From: the human T2T-CHM13v2.0 reference genome, Homo sapiens
Reading direction: 5' to 3' (one strand)
DNA length: 64,000 bases
Assembly (NCBI RefSeq): GCF_009914755.1
Contig: NC_060931.1
The notes beneath the pieces were generated by a model that searched no databases, was not told the origin of the DNA, and saw nothing but the letters and a program-made list of their open reading frames with translations. The number at the start of each line of letters is the position of its first letter. Positions within the stretch are counted from its first letter, which is position 1. Positions 1 to 23,180 of this stretch are shown in pieces. The position numbers and the translations under genes are program-made.

Positions 1-105
1 GGCTGAGGCAAGAGAATCGCTTGAGCCTGGAAAGTGGAGGTTGCGGTGAGCGGAGATCATGCCACTGCACTCCATTCTGGGTGACAGAATGGAGAAAAAA
101 AAAAG
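1..105 (+). mobile_element. Alu right-arm fragment (window edge)
   Basis: ggctgaggca...gccactgcactcca + A tail. Confidence 0.9.
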
Positions 106-880
106 GGGAAAGTGATAGATTGGAAGAAAATACTGTATGCAAATAATAACCAAAAGAGAGCAGGGGTGGCTATACTAATATTAGACAAAATAGACTTTCA
201 GTCCAAAAAGTTTACAACAGGCAAAGAACATTATATGTTAATAAAAGGCACAATGCAGCAAGAAAATATAAGGATTATAAACATGTATGTACCTCATAAC
301 AGACCATAAAAATATACAAAGCAAAAACTGATAGAATTGAAGGGCGAAATAGACAGTTCTACAATAATAGTTTGAGACTTCAATACCCCATTCTCAATAA
401 TGGGCAGAACAATCGGACAGAAGATAAGTAAGAAAATAAATGACTTGGCTGGGTGTGGTGGCTCATGCTGGTAATCCCAGCACTTTGGGACGCCGAGGCA
501 GGTGGATCACGAAGTCAGGTGTTGGAGACCAGCCTGGCCAACGTGGTGAAACCCTGTCTCTACTAAAAATACAAAAATTAGCCACGTGTGGTGGCACACA
601 CCTGTAATCCTAGCTACTCAGGAGGCTGAGGCAAGAGAATTGCTTGAACCTGGGAGGCAGAGGTTGCAGTGAGCCAAGATCACGCCACTGCACTCCAGCC
701 TGGGCAACAGAGCGAGAGTCTGTCTCAAAAAAAAAAAAGAAAGAAAGAAAGAAAATAGAGGACTTAACACAATAAACCTACTAGATCTAACAGACATATA
801 CAGAACACTCTATTCAACAACAACAGTATACACATTTTTCTCATTGTACGTGAAACATTTTCCAAGACAGCCCATATGTT
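106..880 (+). mobile_element. Old L1 (L1M) ORF2 endonuclease-region fragment, interrupted by an Alu
   Basis: ORF 112-309 [26 protein letters not shown]...IINMYVP matches the L1 ORF2p endonuclease domain. Confidence 0.9.
446..755 (+). mobile_element. Alu (S-type)
   Basis: full dimer with A tail. Confidence 0.95.
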
Positions 881-984
881 AGGCCACAGATTAACTCAAA
901 ATGTGTTATATACATTCAATAGAATATTATTCAGCCTTAAAAAGGAAGGAAATTCTGACATATGCTATAATATAAATAAATCTT

Positions 985-1148
985 TTTTATTTATTATTTT
1001 TTTTTTAGACAGAGTTTCACTCTGTCTCCCAGCCTGGAGTGCAGTGGTGCTGTCTCCAGGCTGGTCTCGAACTCCTGACCTCAGGGGATCCACCTGCCTC
1101 GGCCTCCCAAAGTACTGGGATTAAAGGCATGAGCTACCGTACCCAGCC
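985..1148 (-). mobile_element. Alu, internally deleted
   Basis: Alu 3' and 5' ends fused. Confidence 0.85.
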
Positions 1149-1329
1149 AAATAAATCTTAAGGACATTATGCTAAAAAAAAATAAGCTGATTACAAAAGA
1201 CAAATACTGTATGATTCCACTTATATGAGGGAATTGACATAGTCAAATTCATAGAGACAGAAAATAGAATGGTGGTTGCCAGGGGCTGGCATAGGGAGGA
1301 TGAGGAGTTATCGTTTAATGGGTATAGGG

Positions 1330-1878
1330 TGAAGGAGTTAAGGCTGTGTCACCCCAAAATATGCCCAATTTGCATATTGATTATTTTGATTTGAAGACAT
1401 TGGAGAAACTGCAGTTTCAGAAAGGGCTAGCTGACTGTCTCTTCCTGCATGCAGAAAGCCATAAAGATTCCTTCCGCATACCAGAAGGAGAACACAGCCC
1501 TTATTACCAGAGACAGGGAACTGAGCACTGCATTGGACCTGAATAAATAAACTTACCGAAGTAACCCTTATCTTCCACTAGTTCTGCACACTTCCATGTA
1601 TCTCCTAGTGACTCCTAGAAATTTACTGTCCCTGGCCTGATCTCCTATGTCCTGTCATTTCTTCTCTAATTTATCCTTCTTTGTCTAAAAAGTATAAAAG
1701 CATCTTGCTTTGACCACTTCTTCAGACTTCACTCCCTTGTAAAGATCCCGTGTATACGTAAAACTAATAAAATCTGTACATTTTTCTCTTGTTAATATGC
1801 CTGGTGTCAATTTGGTTTCTAGATCCAGCCAAAGAGCTTAGTAAAAGCTAAAGGAGGGTTGAACGTGGTCTCTGGCTC
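1330..1878 (+). mobile_element. ERV1 solo LTR, MER34/MER39 group
   Basis: starts tgaaggagtt...caccccaaaatatgcc...gattattttga; tataaaa and aataaa motifs near 3' end. Confidence 0.75.
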
Positions 1879-1887
1879 AAAGCTTTC

Positions 1888-2187
1888 CTTTTTTTTTTTT
1901 TTTGAGACAGAGTCTCACTTTGTCGCCCAGGCTGGAGTGCAGTGGCGCCATCTCAGCTCACTGCAACCTCTGCCCGCTCCGGGTTCAAAAGATTCTCCTG
2001 CCTCAGCCTCCTGAGTAGCTGCGACTACAGGCGTGCACTACCATGCCCAGCTAATTTTTGTATTTTTTAGTAGAGATGGGGTTTCACATGTTGTTCAGGC
2101 TGGTCTCGAACTCCTGACCTCGGGTGATCTGGCCGCCTTGGCCTCCCAAGGTGCTGGAATTACAGGAGTGAGCCACCGCGCCCAGCC
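1888..2187 (-). mobile_element. Alu
   Basis: full dimer. Confidence 0.95.
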
Positions 2188-2448
2188 AAGGGATTCCATT
2201 TTGCAAGATGCAAAGAGTTATGGAGATGGATGGGAGAGATGGTTGCACAACAGTGTGAATGCCACTGAACTGTCCACTTAAAAATGAACATGACTGTAAA
2301 TTTTATGTTACGTGAATTTTTCTACATTTAAAAAAATGGGGGAAAATGTTGGCGGAGTTGGGTGATTCACTGGATACGGGGAATGGGGGAAGGACTCTGG
2401 GCTTTGGTGATGGTGAGGGTGACTGGTGACCACACAAATTGAGCCTGG

Positions 2449-2765
<317 letters not shown>

Positions 2766-3255
2766 CAAATTGAGCCTGGGATCCCAGGAGGTAGAGCATG
2801 TATCTGCCCATTTGGAATAAGACGATAAATTTAGTCATTTGCAGGTTGCACAATAAGGTTGCACAATATATGACTTTCAAATACACGTATCACTATTGAA
2901 TAAGTTGGAAATGTGAGCTGGACGTTCAGACACGAGTAGAATGTTATTAATATTTGGGGGTCATTTGTGCAGAGAGTAATCCAGACCCCAGAGTAGATGG
3001 AGATCACAATGGGAGAAGCCAAGTACAAGCCTAGAGCCAAGTACAGAATCCTGGGTCATAGCAGTGTTTGTTTCTGAAATTCAGCATTGTTCAGCCTAAA
3101 TAGTGCCACACACTCATTTGATTCATGTCTACCCTACTGGCTCAGGTGAGCTCATGGGCCCAGGACGGAAGTCATTTCTGAGACATTTTCCTGTATTGTT
3201 ATGGGATAGATTTGCACATATGGACTTGCCCAGGTAAACTCAAGAAGAGTTAGGA

Positions 3256-3552
3256 GGCCGGACACAGTGGCTCATGCCTGTAATTCCAGCACTTTGGGAG
3301 GCCAAGGCCGGTGGATTTCTTGAGGCCACAAGTTTGAAACTAGCCTGGCCAACATGGTGAGACCTGGTCTCTACTAAAAATACAAAAAACACTTAGCCAG
3401 GCATGGTGGCACATGCCTGTAATCCCAGCTACTCAGGAGTCTGAGGCAGGATAATTGCTTGAACCTGGGGGTGGAGGTTGCAATGAGCTGTGATCGCACC
3501 ACTGCACTCCAGTTTGGGTGACAGAATGAGACTGTCTCAAAAAAAAAAAAAA
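3256..3552 (+). mobile_element. Alu
   Basis: full dimer, TSD agttagga. Confidence 0.95.
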
Positions 3553-3793
3553 GTTAGGAAAAGACATTATATTCCTCTGTTTCTAGAAATCATTGTACAA
3601 TTTTTTCTTGTTGGCTGAAATTGCACAGAAAAACACAATGCAACTGAGGTTTTTCCATGTCTTTTCAAGTCTCTTAATAGAAGGGAAGTTTCAGAGAACA
3701 GAGATACATATTTAAAATTCTTTTGCATCTTCATCCTACTCCTGCCCTCAGGGATTAGCAGAGTGACAGACAAGTAAGAAAACATCATCTTGA

Positions 3794-4141
<348 letters not shown>

Positions 4142-4379
4142 TAAATATTTGCTCAAAAAAAAAATCTATACCCCCATGAACATATGTTGCAATTATGACA
4201 AATGAATGGATGACTATTCTGTTAAGTGCCCTTGGGCTATATCAATAGAGTATTAAAATAGTTACCAACTATTAAAGCCTCCCTAAGGAAATCCACCCTG
4301 TCCTATGATTCAAATAACACCTGAGACAGTGACTTCCAATTTCTTATTTTCATAATTTTCCCTTTAAGTTCCAAAGATG

Positions 4380-5040
4380 TGTACCTTATTGCCTACTTTG
4401 AGGTTTCTACTTTGATGTGTAGAGGGAATCTGAATTAACATAATCAACACAGAACTGTTGACTTTTTTCTTCAAATTCGCTCTTCTCTTTTCTTCCCTAG
4501 TTACTGAACCATTTGGTTCAGTAACTCAATTCTTCTAACTCAAACTCAATTATTCTATTTCTTTTATGTCCCCATATCCACCCTAGTAGTCTAAATTGTT
4601 CACTCACCCTCATTGTCAATGCCACCTCCCTTGTCCAAGTCACACCATGGACTATGACAATGACAATGGCCTTCGAACTGGCCTCTCTGCCTCTTCTCCT
4701 GACTCCTATAGTTCATTCTTTACTCTTTAGCCAAGGAGACCTTTTTAAAATGTAAATCATATTGAGTCACTCCTCACCTGCTTCGTAGTCCAACTTCCTT
4801 TATTTAAAACCCTCCAGTGACTTATTGAATTTGAAACAAAATCCAAACTCCCGACTAAGACTTCCTTACAATATCGACCCTGATTTCAATGCTGATATTA
4901 TTTCCAAGCATTTTCCCTACTTTCACTTTTTCTCTAGCCCTTCTTCCTGCATAAAATATTATTCACATGACTGACTCCTTGCTATTTATAATGCAAGGTA
5001 AATGACACCCTCCTCAAAGGTACCTTCCCCAATCACCTAA
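4380..5040 (+). mobile_element. L2 relic
   Basis: taaaatgtaaatcatatt...taaaaccctccagtgac...aaatccaaactcc L2-like motifs. Confidence 0.65.
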
Positions 5041-5175
5041 ACTAATTTTAGCCCATACAGATCAGCTCTACCATATATTAAAAAATAATGCAAAACATCT
5101 ATAACTAAAACAGTGTGGCCCTTGCCAATTAGTAGACAAATAGACCAATGAGACAGAATAAACAGCCTAGAAATC

Positions 5176-5490
<315 letters not shown>

Positions 5491-5695
5491 ATAGCCTAAA
5501 AATAGACCCATCTCCATATGGAAATTCACTATATGAGAAAGACCCACCTCAAATTTCTGGGGAAAAAATGACTTTGAAATTCAGCGATGCTGGAATAACA
5601 GAATAGCCATTTGGAAAAAGGTAATAATGAATTCACACTCACATTATGCACCAGAATAAACTCCAGATAGATCAGAGCTACAAATGTAAAAACTA

Positions 5696-6117
<422 letters not shown>

Positions 6118-6190
6118 TCAATTCAACTCCATCAATTTTTTAAAAACTTAAAAAAAAAACTTAAAAAATTTTTAAAAATACTTTTGCACA

Positions 6191-6462
6191 TGTATTGCCG
6201 CATAACAAATCAGTCCAAAACTCAGTAGTGTAAACCACAATTGTTCATTACAGCTCTGTCATCTCTGGGTCAGCTAAAATGAACCGGGCTCTGCCAGGCA
6301 GCCTCTCCATTGGGCTCACTTATGCACTTATCGAGTACTGGAGGTTGGCTGATCTGCATTGGACTCAGCTGGGATGCCTCTATTACATGCATCTTTTCCT
6401 CCTTGAGCCAGCAAAACAGCTGACGCATATTCTTCTCAAAGTGAAGTCAGAGATACAGAGAG
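6191..6462 (-). mobile_element. MaLR LTR fragment (MLT1-type)
   Basis: tattgccgcataacaaatc...ccaaaactcagtagtgtaaac terminus. Confidence 0.6.
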
Positions 6463-6612
6463 GATAATGACAAAAAACTACCTATCAGGTACTATGCTTA
6501 TTACCTGGATGATGAAATAATTTGTACACACAATTTATCTAGATAACAAATCTACACACATGTACTGCTGAACCTACTATACACGGTTTTAAAAAGTAAA
6601 TAATAAATAAAA
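6463..6612 (+). mobile_element. L1 (PA/PB-type) 3' terminal fragment
   Basis: aaaaactacctatcaggtactatgcttattacctgg...gaaataat + A-rich tail. Confidence 0.75.
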
Positions 6613-6660
6613 ATGATCTTCCAGCCATCCAGAGGTTATGCTTTTATGAAAGCAATTGAG

Positions 6661-7643
<983 letters not shown>

Positions 7644-7799
7644 TCAATCTTCTATTGTTCAACCCTTAGTTCTCATTGACCAGGAAGCCCCCTGACCGAT
7701 ACTGGGTGTTGTTGAATGACTTGAACAGCACAGCCACAGAAGGTCCTAATATATCCTGGGCATTAGCATCAAAGGGTCCGGATTGTCCCAGACCCAGTT

Positions 7800-8934
<1,135 letters not shown>

Positions 8935-9140
8935 AGTTCATCTAAATTTGTAGCATTGGCAATTTTGAATCCACCAGACACTTACCCCTGAGGGGTGGAG
9001 GGTGGATTGGAGGTAGACACAATGTGAGTCATATAAGTGAATCCAGAGGATATAGAATTTTAGATGGTGGAAAAGATGAAGAAAAAGAGGGAACAGATAC
9101 CAGCACCATTAAGGGAAACAATTTAATATGAAACATTTGA

Positions 9141-9509
<369 letters not shown>

Positions 9510-9681
9510 TAGAATTTTATCATCAGCTTTGCAGTTTGCATTTTAATTCCTACCATTACCTGTGAGTGAGTGGTTCTGCCCATGCACATGTGGTCTGAGT
9601 TTTTCCAGGCCCCTTGGTCTTTGGCTGTGATGAAGCCAGACAAGTGCCCTCAGGAGAGTTTGCTAGTGTAAGATCAATGCA

Positions 9682-9995
9682 GGCTGGGCACAGGGGTTCA
9701 CGCTTGTAACCCCAGCACTATGGGAGGCTGTGGCAGGCAAGTCACTTGAGGCCAAGAGTTCGAGATCAGCCTAGCCAACATGGCGAAACCCCATCTCTAT
9801 TTAAAAAATACAAAAATTAGCCAGGTGTGGTGGTGCAAGACTGTAGTGCCAGCTACTTGGGAGGCTGAGGCACGAGAATCGCTTGAACCTAGGAGGCGAA
9901 GGTTTCAGTGAGCAGAGATCGTGCCATTACACTCCAGCAACAAGAGCAAAACTCCATCTCAAAAAAAAAAAAAAAAAAAGAAAAAAAGAAAGAAA
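9682..9995 (+). mobile_element. Alu
   Basis: dimer with A tail. Confidence 0.95.
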
Positions 9996-10357
9996 GATCT
10001 CCAACATGGAAGGAGAGGATGATATTATGAGCCTGAAGAGAGGCCTAGGTGTCTTTCTATCTTCCCAAGTTTCCCAACAAAGCATTTTGCATAGAGATGC
10101 TTAATAAATGCTGGTTCTGGAATTTTCTGGAGGTAGGTGGGAGAGTTCTAGATCAGCAGCTGCAGCAGCACTAATGAGTATTTACTGAATATTTCCGGGA
10201 GCCTGGCACTTTGCCCAGTACCGGTGGCCTGGATCCTTCATCCTTCCTCATTCCTCAGCTGAGCAGAAAACAGGGACCATCTTTAAGCCAAAGACAGAAA
10301 ATAATCAAAATTCCACCTAACATGTTCCTGTTTAAGCTGTTTATGTAAAAAGATAGG

Positions 10358-10818
10358 GGATGGGCATGGTGGCTCATGTCTGTAATCCCAGCAATTCGGG
10401 AAGCTGAGGTGGGCAGATCACTTGAGGTCAGGAGTTCAAGACCAGCCTGGCCAATATGGTGAAGCACTATCTCTACTAAAAATACAAAAATTAGCCAGGC
10501 ACGGTAGAAGGCGCCTGTAATCCCAGCTATTCGGGAATCTGAGACATGAGGATTGCTTGAATCCAGGAGGCGGAGGTTGCAGTAAGCTGAGATGGCACCA
10601 TTGCACTCTAGCCTGAGAGACAGAGGAAGATGCCATCTCAAAAAAAAAAAAAAAAAAAAAAGTGGCTGATTCAGTGCCCAGTGCAGTGGCTCACATCTGT
10701 AATCCCAGCTACTGGAGAGGCAGGAGAATCCTTTGAACCTGGGAGGTGGACATTGCAGTGAGCCGGGATCACACACACTGCACTCCAGCCTGGGCAACAG
10801 GGCAAGACTCCATCTCAC

Positions 10819-10857
<39 letters not shown>

Positions 10858-11175
10858 AAAAGAAGAAGGTTGGGGCCGGGTTGTTGCTCATGCCTGCAAT
10901 CCCAGCACTTTGGGAGGCCGATGTGGGAGGATCACCTGAGGTCAGGAGTTTGAGACTTGCCTGGCCAACATAGCAAAAACCTGTCTCTACTAAAAATGTA
11001 AACAATTAGCCAGGTTTGGTGGTGCACCCTTGTAGTCCCAGCTACTCAGGAGGCTGAGGCAGGAGAATCGCTTTAACCCAGGAGGCAGAGGTTACAGTGA
11101 GCCGAGATTGTGCCATTTCACTCTAGCCTGGGTGACAGAGTGAGACTCTGTTTCAAAAAAAAAAAAAAAAAAAAG
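10358..11175 (+). mobile_element. Tandem cluster of three Alus (middle one internally deleted)
   Basis: Alu consensus, long A tails. Confidence 0.9.
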
Positions 11176-13218
11176 GGAAGGGAAGGAAGGAAAAGGGAAG
11201 TGCCGGAAGAATTTTAAGTATATAAATGTACTAATCCTATGATAGACTATTTCAAGATACCTCAGCTTCCCAAACCATCACCCCCATCTCTTGGCACTTT
11301 TTGCTCTCCTCACCTTTGGGTCTGTTATATTCCTAAATAAGGAGGTTTTAGGTTTTCACTTTCCAAAAACTGCAAGTAACAAAAATAGGTTAATTAGGCT
11401 GTACTTAGTCACATAGAAAAGGGATCCCTGGCTTTGTAAAAGATTTGACTGTGGGGTTAATTTAAATAGAATAATTTCCTTCTGTTTTTCAAACGTGATC
11501 AGATTTACATGCAGCTTCTTTTGGGCAAGATGAAGTACAGCCATAAAGGGATTCTGTAAATATCTCTGTTAAATTACAAGTTGCAGAAATGTATTCACTT
11601 CAGTGCGTTGGAGTTCAAGTCATAGTGTCCCAGGATTCATAGATTAAATTAAAAGATGGAGGGAGAACTGGACCAACTCAAGTGGCCTTGGGCAAATCAC
11701 AATTCCACCATATACATCAGTTTCCTTATCTGTAACATAATGAGATAGGGCTAAATTTCTCCTCTGGATTTCTCAAGTTTATAAATTGGTGAATTATTCA
11801 TTTCCTATTTGTGATTTTTTTTTTTTTTTTTGGCCTTGGATTAATTCAGAAGAACTGAATGCATTTACAGACGTATCCATTTCCATTCAATAAAATTTAC
11901 CTGCCAGGCTCTGGGTGCCCATGAGACCGAGATGAATACGATGAGGGGACCCCTCCCTGGAAGCTGATAGGAGAGGGCTATTGAAGGCAGGCTAAGGAAA
12001 AAAAAGTAGAAAGAGGATCTCTATCTGGGTGACAGCAGAGCATATTAGAAAACATCTGAGCCAACTCTCGAACCACGGCAGAAAATAAGGACGGACAAGG
12101 AGGTTTGACACAGTTCATTGGAAAGCTTAAACATGGTGTTAGCTCTGCCCAAGCGTTAACTAATGCTCAGTACTGGGTTAACTCTTCAGCTTCACCAAAT
12201 GTAACACTGAACCTCTGAGGAATCTTAAGGAAGGAACTTTCCCCGTGGTTTACTACCAGCCTGGGAAGAGAGAATGGGAAATTCTCCTATTCCAATAGCA
12301 AATCTGATCAGCTTCCTTGTCCACAATGTTAACTTCCAATCAAGGTATAGAAACCTGGCTTCATTAATTTTAATGTATCGTTGGAACAGGCTGAACAAGA
12401 ACTCTTGCTAACATGGGCTTGCCCAAGCAAGATGCCATACATCCTTCTGAGCAGGAAAGAAATCCTTGGAAAAAAATTTTAAATGTATGACATGTCAAGG
12501 CCAAATTAGAATTAAAAAAAAAATCTCTTTGGAATCTCTGGTTTTCTCAAGTCACAATTTACAATCTACATTTCAAGGTCAATTGAACCACTTGATGGCC
12601 AATTTGGGGACAAGGAAAGAGCTACATGAGAAATTATAAATGGGCACGAGGGTTTCCGACACCAACCAGACTCTCGCAGCCACACTTGACTGGGTCTCTA
12701 ATGATCTCAGGTCATTCCAAAAAGCTCAGGTCAAAGGGCTCTGTGAGCACAGGGACTGTTGATTTAACACCAGCCTGTTGACATCCATTCTGCTCACTCT
12801 GTGGGCGGAATTTAAATGTGGAAGTATGGCACTAATGAGCTGGCAAGGGGGAAAAATAAATAGGGATTTAAAGTGTTTGTGGAAACCTGACCCTTCTCTG
12901 AGAGTCAGCGGTTCTCTTTGCAATTCTAAGACATCCATCCTGTTTTAGAGACAACACTCTCAGTCCTGTAATGGGGACTGAAGGGAGTTAGGACTTGAAG
13001 TAAACATCTGCAGGATGGGAAAGATGGCTTAAAGGTAACGTTATGAGAGGGATAGCCATCCATGAAGATTTGGGTGGTCATTTTGGGAAGGATATTAGGG
13101 AAAGATGCTTGAGGAATCCCGAAGACAGGATTGGTTGGTGTTTATGTTCAAACATAATGATTCTCACAGATAATGGTTAAGGGAAGCCACATCATTTTTT
13201 AGTATAGAAAACAAAATC

Positions 13219-13900
<682 letters not shown>

Positions 13901-14102
13901 AAAATCTACCTGCAAAGCTAGATTAAGTGCCAACACAGATATGCAAATTCCAATGCATTTGGCTAAACCCAGGGGTGCTGAATCAGAAGTCATTGAGTGT
14001 TGTCTTTGCAGAATTGGTCTTAAGATCATGACCTGTTGTATCAGTTGTTCCTAAACTGGAGTATGACTGGAATAGATAAGGAGGCATCAAAATCATCAGG
14101 GA

Positions 14103-14453
<351 letters not shown>

Positions 14454-15301
14454 TTAAACTCTGTTTCCAAAGATTTGAGTCTGGTGGTTCTTTGGAAGTT
14501 TGATCTTCTCACTGATCAGTTGGAGAAAACTGAGTTGTAGAATACATATTCTTTCCTGATAAATCTTACTAAATTACCCTTGACAAAAACAGGATATAAA
14601 TGCATGAAAAATTATCACCTGGATGAGCTTGATTGGAAAATCTTTGGCAGCCTATGCAACACGTGCTAACTCACTTTTTGGGGGAGTCCATTTGGAGGAC
14701 TTCCTTCCTCTTCAATCTTCTGGTTTTCTGGCTGAAACACCCAGTTCCCTGAACGTCATAGAGCTGCCTCTGAACCCACAGCTGAACACGTGCTTTTGCA
14801 GTAAAACCCTACAGCTCAGCCCTGCACTTCATCAAGGTGTGCACTCAGCCACAATGCATGCACATGCCCCTAATACATTGTGACACCCTATTACTACAGG
14901 GCCTTTATGAGCTTCAAGGGAAATTACATTTTAAATTATAGCATACAAGTATAATGGAGAATCTAATTGTGGCAATGACAGTTTATTTATCAATCATTTA
15001 TCATTTTGATTTATAAGGTGCCCAGCTTGATTTAAAAGGAGCTAATGTTTAAAAATCTCTAGGCACCCATTCAACCAAATACACACTGAAAGCAACAAAG
15101 TGAATAACTCCTGCTTTTCTGCAGCCTTTTGTTCTTTTCCATACCCAAGGCTGAAGCTAGAAGTACAACCAGGTTGATCCCAGGAACCTCCAAGCAGCAT
15201 CTCAGAACTTCTTGATATCAAATCTCATTTATTGTCGAATTTGGCAGCTATAAACTATCAATGTTAACAGAGAGCCCAGGTTCAGCTGTATTCATATTCT
15301 C

Positions 15302-15950
<649 letters not shown>

Positions 15951-16354
15951 CCTTTCTCAGTTCTTTAAGATTCACCCAACGGGGTCTATAGGTGCTAGTC
16001 ATTAGCCCTTCAAATGCAACTCACTCCATTGTGTAAATTAACTTGACAATATACATATCCCTGCTCCCAAACCATTCCTCCTTGACAACTCTCTATGGGC
16101 TTTGTTCTAGGATTTCAGCACCTCTCTGGCACTCAATTTACTCTGATTTAAATCTGACGTCTCCTGCCATGCCTGGCCCTGACACTGGCTCACCCTTTTC
16201 TGGGCTTAGCCTTTATATCTCACCGACACAATCTGCCCAACACCTGACTTCACCTTGCCCTGGTTTTCGTTTTCCACCTTGATGTTTTCATTCCAGCTCT
16301 GGTAGCTCTGAAGAGCTCACCATGAAGCACGGCACCAGTTGAGCTATCAGAAGT

Positions 16355-16665
16355 CTTTTCTTTTTTTCTTTTTTTTTTTGAGACACAGTCTCGCTGTGTC
16401 ACCCAGGCTGGAGTGCAGTGGCATGATCTTGGCTCAATGTAACCTCCAACTCCTGTGTTCAAGCGATTCTCCTGTCTCAGCCTCCCAGGTAGCTGGGACT
16501 GCAGGCACCCGCCACCATGCCCAGCTATTTTCTTTTTTTACTTTTTTAGTAGAGACCGGGTTTCACTATGATGGCCGGGCTGGTCTTGAACTCCTGACCT
16601 CGTGATCCGCCCACCTCGGCCTGTCAGAGTGCTGGGATTACAGGTTTGAGCCACTGCACCCAGCC
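16355..16665 (-). mobile_element. Alu
   Basis: full dimer, TSD agaagtctt. Confidence 0.95.
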
Positions 16666-16788
16666 AGAAGTCTTGAGAGATATGAAGTCCCAGACTTGCT
16701 ATAGCAACTAATCAAAGTTGGAGTCTTCAAGGTGGGGCCATCCCTAGAGGTCAACTGCAGCAGTCATATAGAGTTTTTCAGAGTATGA

Positions 16789-17194
<406 letters not shown>

Positions 17195-17655
17195 CCTTAA
17201 GTTGTTTAATTCCCATCTTCCACCTTCAAAGGTGGCGTGTTTTTTTCCGCTATACCCTACACCCCTCCTACTCAACACATTCCCCTTTATTTGCTATGTT
17301 CAACTACCTCGTTTGGAAAAGGTCTTAGGTCCACCAAGCTGCTACGGTGAGAGAAGAACAGAACCCTCCTTTTCCTTTCTCTGATATCTCTACTAAAGAA
17401 TGTGATGTGCTTCCAAATATTAGAACACCTGGTTGTCAATAGAAAATCTAATTTCCAAATGCCTTAATAACTTAATAATCATCACTTCTTGAATTAGGCT
17501 AAAATGGTCTTGAAGGACTCATTGTCTTCCCCCAGTGAGGAAGACTAATCTCTGAAAATAACAGATGGCAAAATGATCTGCCTTCTTAAGCAGGTTGTGG
17601 GCCACTTGGGATTCACACCAAAATCTCCCCATTGTATTGTTTAATATTTAAAAAG

Positions 17656-19200
<1,545 letters not shown>

Positions 19201-19224
19201 TTTTTTTTTTTTCAAAACTTATGT

Positions 19225-19680
<456 letters not shown>

Positions 19681-19813
19681 TTATTCATTAGGTGAATTTA
19701 TTTACCTTATGATAATGAGTTCCACTGCTAGTGTAGTGTACATTATGTAAATATTTTCACTAGTCTTATTTTTGTCTTTATGGCCTACATGAAAGAAAGG
19801 AGATTCTAACAGG

Positions 19814-20409
<596 letters not shown>

Positions 20410-20780
20410 GGTTATTTTTTAAAGGCATTAAAATCTGTCCAAACAGTTAAAGCCAGTCACTCCTGCAGGCCGGGCTCAGACATAGATGCTCAGATTCCGA
20501 GCCTTAGAACATGCCAGCACAACACAGATCTGGCCAGGTGAAGGTAGTCAAGATCAAGCTATCATCAGTCCTCGGACTTGGTAGCTTAATGGATGGGGAG
20601 AGCAGATGGGAATTCTAGAGTAAAGGGGAGAGGGCCTGGGTCAAAAGCTAATGTTCATGCCCTTCACAGAAAAAGCCACTGGTAGGCAATGAGTACAATC
20701 CCGAATCTCTAAAACTTACATTCTAGCCAGGGAGACAGACGCTACACCTAGGAAATACAGCTCAGTGAATAACAACATAA

Positions 20781-21690
<910 letters not shown>

Positions 21691-21714
21691 AAGTCTGAAA
21701 TCTTTAATTGGTTA

Positions 21715-21930
<216 letters not shown>

Positions 21931-22869
21931 TCAGCATCCTGCTAAGTCTAGGGATGGGAAGGGACACCTAGCACTGGGCCCCTACAATCCCAACCAGGCT
22001 TCTGAAATATCTCACCCTGTGACATAGGATGGACGGACCTTGAAGCTCTGCGGCAGTCTCCTTGTCACTGGGCCAGGACCCAGGAGGGGTTCCCAGGCCA
22101 AGCTCTGATCTGCAATCCGTTAGCAGAGACGATGCAATTATTGATAACTGAGGTGTGGAACCTCTCAGAGGAGATTTCCAGGGTAGAGCTTGTTGGAAAG
22201 TCGCTGGGCTGCAAACTGGGTGGGCACTGGTGGCAATTTTGCTTAGTGCCCTCATTTTGCTATGCACCATGCTTTACATAGGGTTGACTCTCAATGCACT
22301 ATGCCAGCCACTGGCAGCCCTTCAAGCTGTTGCCGTCACTGTTCAAAGGAAGATCCGATCCAGGGCCAGAAGAGAGTGACAAGAAGTTAGGGCAGTTGCT
22401 GTAGTTTCAGGTGGGTTTCCATGGACAATGTTCATTTCTGAACGGACCCCTTCTGGGAGCCAGCAGCCCTGCATCTCAGCATCTACCTCGACTGATCTTA
22501 AAGATGCAGTCTCTGAACCCCGTATCTGACAGTGACACAAATGCAAAATCGAGAAGCAGGTCTTCACCTCCCCTTCTATGCCCTCGTATTTTGCTGAGGC
22601 ACTAACAGACACCTTGTCAGGGGACAGCTCCGGCAGCAGGGGCTGAATAATGGGAGAAACCAACAACAGCAATGCCACTTTTAACTGTGATGATGAGCAT
22701 GTCACCGAACATCCCAAAGTCAGTTTCCCCATCTGTAAACTGGGATGAGCCAAGCCTGCTCCACAAGTTGGTTGTAAAGTCTATAAAATCAAAGCCTGTA
22801 AAAGAGGCCACCCAGAAGAGGTCCTGCAGCTGGGATGTGCCTAATAAATGTCACTTACCTTTCCCTATT

Positions 22870-23180
22870 CTTTTTTTTTTTTTTTTTTTTTTTTGAAACA
22901 GAGTCTTGCTCTATTGCCCAGGCTGGAGTGCAGAGGCGTGATCTCGGCTCACTGCAACCTCCACCTCCCTGGGTTCTAGTGATTCTCCTGCCTCAGCCTC
23001 CAGAGTAGCTGGGATTACAGGCACGTACCACCACACCTGGCTAATTTTTGTATTTTTTAATAGAGACAATGTTTCGCTAAGTTTCAGACAGGCTGGTCTG
23101 AAACTCCTGACCTCAGGTAATCTGCCCGCCTTGGCCTCCCAAAGTGCTGGGATTACAGGTGCAAGCCACCGTGCCTGATC
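22870..23180 (-). mobile_element. Alu
   Basis: full dimer. Confidence 0.95.

Larger units (their letters stand above)
881..2335 (+). mobile_element. L1MB-type 3' end interrupted by two Alus and an LTR
   Basis: tactgtatgattccacttatatgagg...atagagacagaaaatagaatggtggttgccagg; resumes near 2190 with ggagatggat...ggttgcacaacagtgtgaatgccactgaac. Confidence 0.85.

Noticed and set aside
10255-10818. 187-aa ORF and many similar ORFs (LECSG, PASAS, WDYR motifs), e.g. 17658-18173 and 61094-61627
   Set aside because: Typical Alu-derived reading frames.
21968-22896. Cluster of overlapping ORFs in apparently unique DNA, possible exon or pseudogene
   Set aside because: No recognisable protein in any frame, no poly(A) or TSD, and the right end is MIR (tcagtttccccatctgtaaa). 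A lncRNA exon cannot be excluded.
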